A stretch of 62,717 nucleotides of DNA, the filler included, from a candidate division TA06 bacterium SM23_40 (lineage in GTDB: Bacteria > LJUI01 > SM1-40): NCBI GenBank assembly GCA_001303705.1. It is 6 parts of 6 records of this genome, joined end to end, with 100 filler letters (N's around TTAATTAATTAA, not from the genome) between each part and the next. Parts side by side here need not be neighbours in the genome. Positions count along the whole stretch, not along the records: positions 47,894 to 55,265 come from LJUI01000126.1; positions 55,366 to 62,717 come from LJUI01000127.1; 4 more parts are not named here. One strand, given 5' to 3'. Positions within the stretch are counted from its first letter, which is position 1, and every line of letters begins with the position of its first letter. The notes under the pieces were generated by a model that worked only from the letters and a program-made list of their open reading frames with translations, did not search any database and had not been told where the DNA came from. Below are positions 48,930-57,376 of the stretch, piece by piece. The translations under genes and the position numbers were made by a program.

Positions 48930-49313
48930 CATGCGCGGACGTTGGTGGCTGACGTGGGCGGTCTGCTCGGTCCATAATCGAGAGCAGGGGAGCGCGGGTC
49001 CCCCGAATCCAGAGGGTGGATATGAGGGGATCGGGTCAGAGGTCAGTACGGCCGAGGCTGGGGTGTGCCTCTGTCCGGGGCTGCACTCGGCATGTTGCAG
49101 GCTTTTCCCGGGTTGCTGCAGGGATCTTGGACGACAGACGGATACGAGCGTGATGTGATCTACCCGAGCGCCAAAGCTGCTTGGGTGTTTTTTGCTGCGG
49201 GTGGTGAGCGTGTGAAGTCGATCTCCACTACGACTTGGAAGGCTCTGTGGGGAGACGCGTCCGCTGTCGGCTTCCTTTGAGATGTTGAGAGTGGGAGGCG
49301 AAACCGAGCGCTG

Positions 49314-49505
49314 GTGAGCATCTCAGGGACTGTGCTTCACGTGCCGTGCCAGCATCCGACCATTCAGGCCGGGATCGATGCGCGAGTGGACGGAGACACG
49401 GTACTGGTGGCGCCTGGTACCTACACCGGCAGTGGGAATCGGGATCCGGACTTCAATAGTAAGGCGATTGTGGTGAGATCATCGCAGGGCCCTGAGTCCA
49501 GATGA
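49314..49505 (+). pseudogene. Remnant of a beta-helix paralog N-terminus
   Basis: VLHVPCQHPTIQAGIDARVDGDTVLVAPGTYTGSGNRD matches the paralog N-termini, but there is no signal peptide and it stops after 63 aa. Confidence 0.75.
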
Positions 49506-49915
49506 AATAGGCGACACGTACGTTGGCCGCTCGAAGGCGACTGAGCGCCTCGTGATGAGGCGCTCGATGTCGTACATAGAAAGACGGGGCCCGCCACTTC
49601 TCCCTTGACGGATGGTCTGGTATATGACAGTCTCGACTTCTACAAGAACGTCGGTTTCGCCCGAAGATACGCCGCGCGCAGCGAAGACGACCATAGATGT
49701 GGGTTAACATCTGCGCCTGAAGGCGTGTATTCGTCTCCATGTAGGATACGTCGCTTCGACGTTGGAGTCGATTATAGTCTGATTCGGGATAACCCTTCGT
49801 CTGTAGTGGCGAACAATAGACTGCATGCCTAAACAGAGGCGCCCATGCGTGGCACGCCGAACGGAGTCGAATCCTGATCGGCGAAGATCCCGTTTGAGTG
49901 CCCGAGGAGGACTTC

Positions 49916-50215
49916 ATGGTGAGTGGAGGAGCGGCAGGAGCAACAGCTGCGGTGGCGGGCGCCGCCGCGGTGATCGCGCAAGCCATCAAGGCCTCTGGGG
50001 TCATCGTGCGCGTCGATGCCCGGGATTTTGTCTCCATTCTTTCAAGGAACAAAGAGCCTCTCGTTGTAGTAGCACAAGGTAGATGGCCTAACAGGGGCTA
50101 CCAATACCTCACGAGCTACAAGGGGTTGGCGTTCTTCACGAAGTGCAAAGAGCCCCTGCAGCTGCCAGGCGTGGCTGAACTCATCACGGCGAGGAGCATC
50201 TGGATTCCGGGATAG
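49916..50215 (+). CDS. Small hypothetical protein with an Ala-rich N-terminus
   Basis: GAGGAGG RBS and a plausible 99-aa globular sequence (YQYLTSYKGLAFFTK). Confidence 0.7.
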   Translation: MVSGGAAGATAAVAGAAAVIAQAIKASGVIVRVDARDFVSILSRNKEPLVVVAQGRWPNRGYQYLTSYKGLAFFTKCKEPLQLPGVAELITARSIWIPG

Positions 50216-50388
50216 GATGTTTCAATCCCCGTCCGACCGACCCGAAAGGTTGCGCCGTCGCCGCCTCCCCCAACAGCGTTAGATGGCTACCTGTGAGGAC
50301 CTGATGCTGACGGTTGCGCTGCTACTGTTCCCCGTCGCGACAGCACTGGATAGCAGTCCCTTCAGGGCCCAATATCGGAGGAGACCTT

Positions 50389-50775
50389 ATGTTCGCCGTT
50401 CTGCTCGTCGTAACGTTCGTGATCGCTGTGCTGGTTTCCTTTGTCGTGGTGAGGCTGTTCGAAAAACCGATCAGAGCCATCCTCGGACGGATCGTCTCAG
50501 AGGAACTCAGCAAGGCCTGGGAGCGGTACCTCAAGTTCGCCATCTATGTAGTAGGGGTGTCGGGTGGCGTACGCGTATGGGAGCTGGAGAAGTACATCAC
50601 GCCTCAGGGCGAAGAGACAGAGCCCATTGTCCTCAATGCAGCACGGTGGACTCTGGAGGTCTATCGGACGATCATCGGGACCCTGCAGAGCGTCGCGTGG
50701 ATGCTTCTCGTCTTCTTCCTATTTGCGCTCATCGCATACGTGATAGTCCGCGGGCGTGAGCACAAGCAGGCGTGA
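50389..50775 (+). CDS. Hypothetical membrane protein (about 3 TM helices)
   Basis: GGAGGAG RBS and clear hydrophobic helices. Confidence 0.75.
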   Translation: MFAVLLVVTFVIAVLVSFVVVRLFEKPIRAILGRIVSEELSKAWERYLKFAIYVVGVSGGVRVWELEKYITPQGEETEPIVLNAARWTLEVYRTIIGTLQSVAWMLLVFFLFALIAYVIVRGREHKQA

Positions 50776-50781
50776 GCCTGA

Positions 50782-50827
50782 GGGACGTACGGGAGTGTCG
50801 GGGACGTTGGTAGGTTCAGAAGGTTAT
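50782..50827 (+). repeat. 28-bp dispersed repeat, cluster E
   Basis: Partial GGGACGTAC at 50782 and an exact type-1 copy at 50800-50827. Confidence 0.88.
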
Positions 50828-51054
50828 CGACGGGTTCGGTATGCGAGCTCTCCCTCGGTCGCCTGTGCCCGGCAGATCCGAGCAGGATCGGGATCGAGGA
50901 GTAGGTACGGGGAGACACAACATACTAGAGATCTCCCGCAGTGTGGGATCTCGTTGGGATCTCTCTGCCGCAAGGTCTGACTTTCGCTGGGACGATTCGC
51001 AGAGGGACAAGTTTCAATCGGGAGCGACTCAGGGTAAGCTGGAGTTATGAGAGG

Positions 51055-51735
51055 ATGGCACAACAGGATGAACAGATAGATAGAGAGGCTATTGCCGCGG
51101 AGATCGATGCGGAGATCAGGGCGTTGCGGGCGAAGCCAAAGACGCAGGATGTGCGGGCCGTCCGCCGCAAGTTCTCCAGACGCCTCAAGAACGTTGCCGC
51201 TGAGGAGGTCATCGGTGTGGCCTGGCAGCTTCTCACCCGGCACGGGCGCCGCTGGGTGGCCTATGAATTGATCTACAAACATACCTCAGCGCTTCGCAGC
51301 CTGAGGCCGAGGCAGATCAAGCAGTTCGGGCGTGGGATCAACAGCTGGGGATCTACAGACGTATTTGCCGGCTATCTGTCTGGACCTGCCTGGCGTGAGG
51401 GGCAGCTGTCGGACAGGACGATTCAGGGCTGGGCTCGTTCAGGGAATCGGTGGTGGCGGCGCGCAGCGCTGGTCAGCACTACGGCACTCAATGTCAAAGC
51501 CCGGGGTGGAAGGGGGGATGTTCCCCGCACACTGAAGGTCTGCTGCATCCTCGTGGACGACCGTGACGACATGGTGGTGAAGGCCATGTCGTGGGCGCTG
51601 CGCGAGCTCGTTCAGCACGACCCGAAGGCAGTCCGTGGCTTTCTCGCGAAACATGAGGATGCACTGGCTGCACGGGTGAAGCGTGAGGTGAGGAACAAAC
51701 TTACGACGGGCCTGAAGAACCCGCGCCGGAGGTGA
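51055..51735 (+). CDS. DNA alkylation repair (AlkD-like HEAT) family protein
   Basis: INSWGSTD, WARSGNRWWRRAALVS and DMVVKAMSWALREL motifs. Confidence 0.82.
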   Translation: MAQQDEQIDREAIAAEIDAEIRALRAKPKTQDVRAVRRKFSRRLKNVAAEEVIGVAWQLLTRHGRRWVAYELIYKHTSALRSLRPRQIKQFGRGINSWGSTDVFAGYLSGPAWREGQLSDRTIQGWARSGNRWWRRAALVSTTALNVKARGGRGDVPRTLKVCCILVDDRDDMVVKAMSWALRELVQHDPKAVRGFLAKHEDALAARVKREVRNKLTTGLKNPRRR

Positions 51736-51864
51736 GTTCGGGGTCGTTGGCGTGGCCTTGTTGACTCGCGTTTTCGCAACTAAATCTAGGGTGGCGGTGA
51801 ATCTGTAATCCATTATTATTTGCTTTGAAGGCCAGATCGCGGCCAAGACATCAGGAGGACTAGA

Positions 51865-52257
51865 TTGAATTGCCCTGTCTGCAGACAGCCCATGATCGTC
51901 CTGGAGCTCGACCAGGTGGAGATAGACCACTGCACCACGTGCGGAGGCATATGGCTTGATGCCGGAGAACTTGAGCTTCTGCTTGGTGACTCTGTCGAAA
52001 AGGACGGGTTTCTTGCATCGTTTGAGGCGGATGCCGCTGGCGGAGAGAAGCACAGAAGGTGTCCAATATGTTCGAAAAAGATGGAAAAGGTCGTCTGCGG
52101 GGCAGAGAAGAGAGTCCGGATCGATAGGTGTCGACGGAATGACGGCATCTGGCTGGACGAAGGTGAGCTCGAGGAGATCGTCACGTTGAGCAGTCTGGGC
52201 CGGCATAATCGCGTCCTGGACCTGCTCAAGGATATGTTCGCAAAGAAAGCGCAATGA
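51865..52257 (+). CDS. Double zinc-ribbon (zf-TFIIB-like) protein
   Basis: Two CPxC...ID.C..(C/N).GIWLD.GELE repeats; AGGAGG RBS and TTG start. Confidence 0.85.
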   Translation: MNCPVCRQPMIVLELDQVEIDHCTTCGGIWLDAGELELLLGDSVEKDGFLASFEADAAGGEKHRRCPICSKKMEKVVCGAEKRVRIDRCRRNDGIWLDEGELEEIVTLSSLGRHNRVLDLLKDMFAKKAQ

Positions 52258-52283
52258 GATGATGAGATGAAAGGAGGGCCAAG

Positions 52284-52841
52284 ATGGTCTTTGGACTGAT
52301 AGTGCTGGCAGTTGTCATTGTAGCTGTGTTCGGGTTTATCGGGATCTACAATTCCCTGATACAGCTGAGGAACCGAGTGAAGAACGCGTGGTCACAGATC
52401 GATGTCCAGCTGAAGAGGCGACACGACCTCATCCCGAATCTGGTGGAGACCGCCAAGGGATACATGAAGCATGAAAGGGAGACACTTGAAAACGTTACGC
52501 AGGCAAGGAGCAGGGCGGTCGGCGCCGGAACCGTGGGCGAGAAGTCGAAGGCCGAGGGCGCTCTGAGCGGCGCCATAGGCAGATTCATGCTGGTTGTTGA
52601 GAATTACCCCGACCTGAAGGCGAATCAGAACTTTCTGGCGTTACAGGAAGAACTGACGGCAACAGAGAACAGGATCGGGTTTGCCAGGCAGAGCTACAAC
52701 GATCAGGTGCTCTTCTTCAACAACAAAATCCAGATGTTTCCCTCGAACATAGTAGCCGGGATGTTCAGCTTCAGGGCGGAAGAGTTTTTCGAGATCGAAG
52801 AAGAGGCGGAACGAGCAGTACCGAAGGTGAGTTTCTCGTGA
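52284..52841 (+). CDS. lemA: LemA family protein
   Basis: N-terminal TM helix; [21 protein letters not shown] and ENYPDLKAN motifs. Confidence 0.95.
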   Translation: MVFGLIVLAVVIVAVFGFIGIYNSLIQLRNRVKNAWSQIDVQLKRRHDLIPNLVETAKGYMKHERETLENVTQARSRAVGAGTVGEKSKAEGALSGAIGRFMLVVENYPDLKANQNFLALQEELTATENRIGFARQSYNDQVLFFNNKIQMFPSNIVAGMFSFRAEEFFEIEEEAERAVPKVSFS

Positions 52842-52943
52842 TCGCCTCCGGTGATCTGGGTTGCCAGTCCATCGAGGGCCGCGTATGTCACAATGTAGCG
52901 GCCAAGGATCGATAGCATGTCGGCCCGCTGTGAGTAGATAGCC

Positions 52944-54434
52944 ATGTGGGAATTGATACAGGCAAATAAGAGGAAATCTCTCATACTCTTCGCGTGTATG
53001 GGGATGTGCCTTATTCTGCTTGGGTATTTCGTAGGTGCAGCCTTCTTCTATCCTGATGGCGGGATCATAGGTGTTGGCATCGCCGTGGGCATATGGGTCG
53101 TCATGTCTCTCATAAGTTATGTCTCCGGTGATTCGATTCTTCTCGCCGTGAGCCACGCTCAAGAGGTCTCTCATGACGTTCACCCGCAACTTTTCAATGT
53201 CGTTGAAGAGATGAAGATCGCGGCGAACTGCCCCGCCATGCCGAAAGTGTACATCATTGACGAGGCGGCGCCCAATGCGTTTGCGACGGGGACGAAGCCC
53301 GAAAAGAGTGCGATTGCCGTAACCGCCGGGTTGCTCTCGAGGCTGAATAGAGATGAACTCCAGGGGGTCATCGCACATGAGATGTCTCACATTGTGAACA
53401 GAGATGTGCTGTTTGTGACGTTCGCCGGGATGCTGCTGGGGGGCATCGTTCTTCTGTCCCATGCCTTTCTGAGGGGTCTGTGGCTGTCTTCCGGGTCATC
53501 GAGGAGGTATCGTTCCGGAGTGAAGGGAGGAGGACAAGCTCAGATAATCATCCTCGCGGTCGCGATTGTCCTTGCTATACTCGCTCCGATACTGGCTCGG
53601 CTCCTCTACTTCGCCATATCGCGAAAGAGGGAGTATCTGGCCGATGCATCGGGGGTGAGGCTGACCAGATATCCTGAGGGCCTCGCTTCCGCCCTGGAGA
53701 AGATCTCGTCGTCGAGATACGAACTCGGTTCGGCCAACAAGGTCACAGCTCCGATGTACATCATCAACCCTCTGGAACGGAAGGGGATGAGACTCTCGAA
53801 TCTCAGTAGCACGCATCCGCCTACCTCCGAGAGGATACGGATTCTGCGGAGTATGATGCACGGGGCAGGCTACGGGGACTATCAGAAGGCGTACTCTAGT
53901 GTGAGGGGGAGGATTTCTCCTCTTATCCCGGTATCAGAGCTGCGACGCAGCGAAACGACGCCGATACGAGAAGCTTCTGTCGAGGAAGAGGAGGCTGTAG
54001 ACAAAAAGAAGGGATTGAGAGATCTCGGAGACCTCGTCAGGGCGGTCAACAAATATGCATTCTTGATCTGCGCCTGTGGGCTGAAGATTAAAGTGCCGCC
54101 CGATTTCAAAGGAACTAAAGTACCGTGTCCACGTTGTGGACGCGAAATGGTGCTACCGATCGCTGAACTGGCGGCTGCCAGCGCGGCAATCGAAGCTGCG
54201 GAGGCGGCGGAGGAGAAGAAGGCGGCCGGCCAGGCCGCCGCCCCCGGTGAGCTGGTCTATGTGAAAAAAGGGCAGGGATGGGAGAGCTTCACCTGTGCTT
54301 GTGGCAGGTTATTGCAGATCTCCCCCGCGTTCCGTGGTTCGCACCTCGTCTGCAGCACCTGCGGCAGGACGACCGAGATCAAGTATCAAGAACAGGATGC
54401 CGACCTTCAACTCTCCGGCTCCACCAAAAACTGA
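52944..54434 (+). CDS. htpX: HtpX-like M48 zinc metalloprotease with two C-terminal zinc-ribbon motifs
   Basis: PNAFATG, HEMSH, ISRKREYLAD and STHPP motifs; C-terminal CACG...CPRCG and CACG...CSTCG. Confidence 0.88.
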   Translation: MWELIQANKRKSLILFACMGMCLILLGYFVGAAFFYPDGGIIGVGIAVGIWVVMSLISYVSGDSILLAVSHAQEVSHDVHPQLFNVVEEMKIAANCPAMPKVYIIDEAAPNAFATGTKPEKSAIAVTAGLLSRLNRDELQGVIAHEMSHIVNRDVLFVTFAGMLLGGIVLLSHAFLRGLWLSSGSSRRYRSGVKGGGQAQIIILAVAIVLAILAPILARLLYFAISRKREYLADASGVRLTRYPEGLASALEKISSSRYELGSANKVTAPMYIINPLERKGMRLSNLSSTHPPTSERIRILRSMMHGAGYGDYQKAYSSVRGRISPLIPVSELRRSETTPIREASVEEEEAVDKKKGLRDLGDLVRAVNKYAFLICACGLKIKVPPDFKGTKVPCPRCGREMVLPIAELAAASAAIEAAEAAEEKKAAGQAAAPGELVYVKKGQGWESFTCACGRLLQISPAFRGSHLVCSTCGRTTEIKYQEQDADLQLSGSTKN

Positions 54435-54629
54435 AACCGGGGACCTTGGTGAAACCGGGGACGTTGGTAGGTTCAGAAGGTTGAGCCAGGGGACGTACCT
54501 GGGTTTTGAGGGTTATTGATGCTCGGGCGTACGGGACGTACCTAGTTCTGACGGTTATTGATGACTGTGTGCAAGAGCCAGGGACGCGGTATGCAAGAGC
54601 CGGGGACGTTGGTAGGTTCTGAAGGCTGC
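54432..54629 (+). repeat. 28-bp dispersed repeat, cluster G (4 full + 2 partial)
   Basis: Copies at 54457, 54489, 54532 and 54602; partials at 54439 and 54580, each within a short flank duplication. Confidence 0.92.
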
Positions 54630-54934
54630 GGATACACCTCGGTCTCGTCTTGAACATCTCCGATGGTCCTTGGCGATAGACGGCAAGTACGATTGACCAT
54701 GACAGGCCGCGTGGCGCAAGTATGAGATACCAGTTCGCGCGGCCTTGAATTATCTCCGTCCCCCTGTGTTCCGGCCATTACTCGTCTCTTCATTTAAGAG
54801 GTACACCCTGCCTCGAGTCCAGGCAGACTGGCAACCTACTGGCCCTCAGCAAGCGGTGTCGGAGTGAACCCCGGCGCGCGAAGCCGGCTTGCGCGCTCCG
54901 ATTGGCGAGCAGTCCTGCTGAGCCGGCCGCGGGG

Positions 54935-55062
54935 GTTACGTCGCCCGCATGCTACGTCGCCCGCATGCTACGTCGGCGGCGTGCTGCGTCGGCGGCGTGC
55001 TGCGTCGGCGGCGTGCTGCGTCGGCCGCATGCTGCACCGACGGCGTGCTTCGCCGGCCGCGT
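54935..55062. repeat. 16-bp tandem repeat (about 8 units)
   Basis: GCT(A/G)CGTCG(C/G)C(C/G)GC(A/G)T units in register from 54935. Confidence 0.9.
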
Positions 55063-55161
55063 GGTTTGCCTCGCCCGCGCGCTTTGCGTCGGCCGCCGGA
55101 ATGCTGGATTTTCGTTCAAGGAGCTGTGGATCGGAAAGTGGCTGGGGAATCGGGCAATACA

Positions 55162-55265
55162 GGGTGCGGATTGTAATTGTGGGTAGCTCATGCTGCCCTT
55201 CTTCGGTTAAGGCGACGCCATTGCCGGAACGATTCCCAGTGTTCATTCAATATGCAGATGCGCAG
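55162..55265 (-). mobile_element. Probable IS end: transposase C-terminus plus terminal repeat (ISKra4/ISLre2-like)
   Basis: Minus strand reads LRICILNEHWESFRQWRRLNRRRAA-stop (55188), then ...CAATCCGCACCC. The segment is AT-richer than its flank and the contig breaks here. Confidence 0.5.
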
Positions 55266-55365
55266 NNNNNNNNNNNNNNNNNNNNNNNNNNNNNNNNNNN
55301 NNNNNNNNNTTAATTAATTAANNNNNNNNNNNNNNNNNNNNNNNNNNNNNNNNNNNNNNNNNNNN
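55266..55365. other. Artificial contig linker
   Basis: N44-TTAATTAATTAA-N44. Confidence 0.99.
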
Positions 55366-55468
55366 CCTGGATCGTCGAATACTCCGCCGGCACGTAGCGC
55401 ACCGTTCCCCACGCGCTCGCTGTGAGCGCCAGGCCGAACGCCGATGCCACGACAATTAGCCTTCTCAC
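55366..55468 (-). CDS. N-terminus of another secreted beta-helix paralog (truncated by contig end)
   Basis: AAGGAGG RBS, GTG start, and MRRLIVVASAFGLALTASAWGTVRYVPAEYSTIQ. It is absent from the ORF track. Confidence 0.75.
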
Positions 55469-55577
55469 GGTGCCATTCCCTCCTTGGGTTCACACCATCC
55501 AATCCAGAATGACAACTCTGATACCGTCCGATCAGTGCTACTCGCGCACTCCGATGATCTCTTCTGAGTGGCATATC

Positions 55578-57065
55578 TCAACGCCGAGCGTTCTCCGCTG
55601 CCTCCCATTCGCCCTCCTGCGGTAACACCGCAAACGAGAACCTGTCCTTATCGAAGAGGTTTGCAGGCAACCCGACCTGCCACATGAAGTCCGACCATCC
55701 GAACGGCCACATCTCTGGTACTTCGTACTCCCTGACACACTGCCAGTTGTACTGCCGATGCATGATCCCATGGTCAGGCCCCTCAAGCGGATTCCCGGGC
55801 CACGGCTCACCGTTGGGCAGAGTCAGCTCGGCGATTCCCCAGCACGGCTGTGGGGCATCGTGGCAGTTCACCAACGTGTACAGCACTCGCCAGCTCTCCC
55901 CCGGGTGAACAGCGAGAGTTTCCGGAGTCAAGTAGGTGACCAGAGCCTTCGACTGGTCAAAGATGTATCTACCCATGTCGCGCCGCGTACCGTCAGGATC
56001 CCAGAGGTCTGGCTGACCCGCGTCGATACAGGGAGATCCCCAGAGAAGACGGTAATCCTTCCAGTCCTCATGAACGAAGATAGGGTCTGCGTCGATATTC
56101 CCATCCTCCCAGTATAACGTGCAGCCGGGGTTGATAAAGGCCGCCGATGAGCCAGCTTCCACATTGGAATACGCGACGGTGATGGAACTCCCTTCATAGA
56201 GGGCGATTTCCTGGCCTGTGCTCGCGCTGTCCCCCCAGAGAATGGAGTTGATCACCATCGGAGAAGCCCAGTACGCGCACACTATGCTGCCGCCGACATT
56301 GGATGTGTTCCCTGTGATCGTGTTCCCGTCGATGATCGGGTCAGCGCTCCAGAAGCAAGCGATCGCACCGGCATTGGCGGTACCCGTATTCCCGGCAATT
56401 GTGTTGCCAGCGATGATCGGAGAGGATGTATTGCAGAAGATTCCGCCGCCCCTGTATCCGGCGATATTCGCCGTGATAGTATTGCCTCCTATGATCGGGT
56501 CATATCCCCCTCCTGTGCAGTAGATCCCTCCGCCTTCCCAGGTGATTGTCCGATTCCCAGTAATCGTGTTCCCCACGATGATGGAACTGCTCGCGCTACA
56601 ATAGATCCCACCACCGGACCCGGTTGCTGTATTCCCCTCGATGCGGTTCCCCACGATCGTCGGGTATGGTTCCACATCGAAAAAATTGATACAGATCCCT
56701 CCGCCCTTCGTTGCATATCCATTCCTGATCGTGAACCCCTGCACCACTGCATTCGCATCCTCTCCAGTGTGGAAGAGGAACCCGCGGTGGTGCTCTTGCT
56801 CGCTACCCTCACAGTCGAGGATCGTCGCCTCAGGCCCGTTCTCAGACATCACCACGATCGACGTCCCCCCGAAATCGATATCCCGATTTCCATCACCCGT
56901 GTAGGTGCCGTCCGCCACCAGGACTGTGTCCCCATCCACGGCCGCATCGATCCCCGCCTGGATTGTCGGATACTGGGAGGGGACATGGAGGATCGTCGCG
57001 CCCGCGCTCGCCACGAGCAAGCCCATGACGAGTACCACAGCCATTGCAGATCGGATTGACGTCAT
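55578..57065 (-). CDS. Secreted parallel beta-helix protein with the shared C-terminal module
   Basis: Signal peptide, VPSQYPTIQAG and GGGIYC repeats, and an LPNGEPWPGNPLEGP tail. Confidence 0.85.
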   Translation of the reverse strand: MTSIRSAMAVVLVMGLLVASAGATILHVPSQYPTIQAGIDAAVDGDTVLVADGTYTGDGNRDIDFGGTSIVVMSENGPEATILDCEGSEQEHHRGFLFHTGEDANAVVQGFTIRNGYATKGGGICINFFDVEPYPTIVGNRIEGNTATGSGGGIYCSASSSIIVGNTITGNRTITWEGGGIYCTGGGYDPIIGGNTITANIAGYRGGGIFCNTSSPIIAGNTIAGNTGTANAGAIACFWSADPIIDGNTITGNTSNVGGSIVCAYWASPMVINSILWGDSASTGQEIALYEGSSITVAYSNVEAGSSAAFINPGCTLYWEDGNIDADPIFVHEDWKDYRLLWGSPCIDAGQPDLWDPDGTRRDMGRYIFDQSKALVTYLTPETLAVHPGESWRVLYTLVNCHDAPQPCWGIAELTLPNGEPWPGNPLEGPDHGIMHRQYNWQCVREYEVPEMWPFGWSDFMWQVGLPANLFDKDRFSFAVLPQEGEWEAAENARR

Positions 57066-57331
57066 TTCCTCATCCCTCCCGAGTTTGCTGCAGCAAAAAG
57101 AAAAAGAACAGCTCCCCCGCCTCCCATGCTCGGTGCCGTTCCCGAAGAGGTTGACTTATGCTAATGCCACACAAGAGCCCTTCCCGACGCCACCGGGCAT
57201 CTGCCGCTCCCCGGGGCAGCAGAAATGTCGGGAATATACGCACTACGACGAGCCCAATCACCCCCTCTCCCACAATGAGCTCAAGCAGCGAGCGGCGATC
57301 TGCCGCACCGCACGTTCCCAATCTCCCTATG

Positions 57332-57360
57332 ATTGTATCGCCGCTGCACGGCGATGTCAA
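57332..57360 (-). promoter_or_regulatory. Putative sigma70 promoter with a palindromic spacer
   Basis: Minus strand reads TTGACA-TCGCCGTGCAGCGGCGA-TACAAT (17-nt spacer). Confidence 0.55.
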
Positions 57361-57376
57361 GGACAACCTGACGCGA

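Noticed and set aside
54864-55313. ORFs across the 16-bp tandem repeat
   Set aside because: The unit length is not a multiple of three and the translations are low-complexity, so the ORFs are open by chance.
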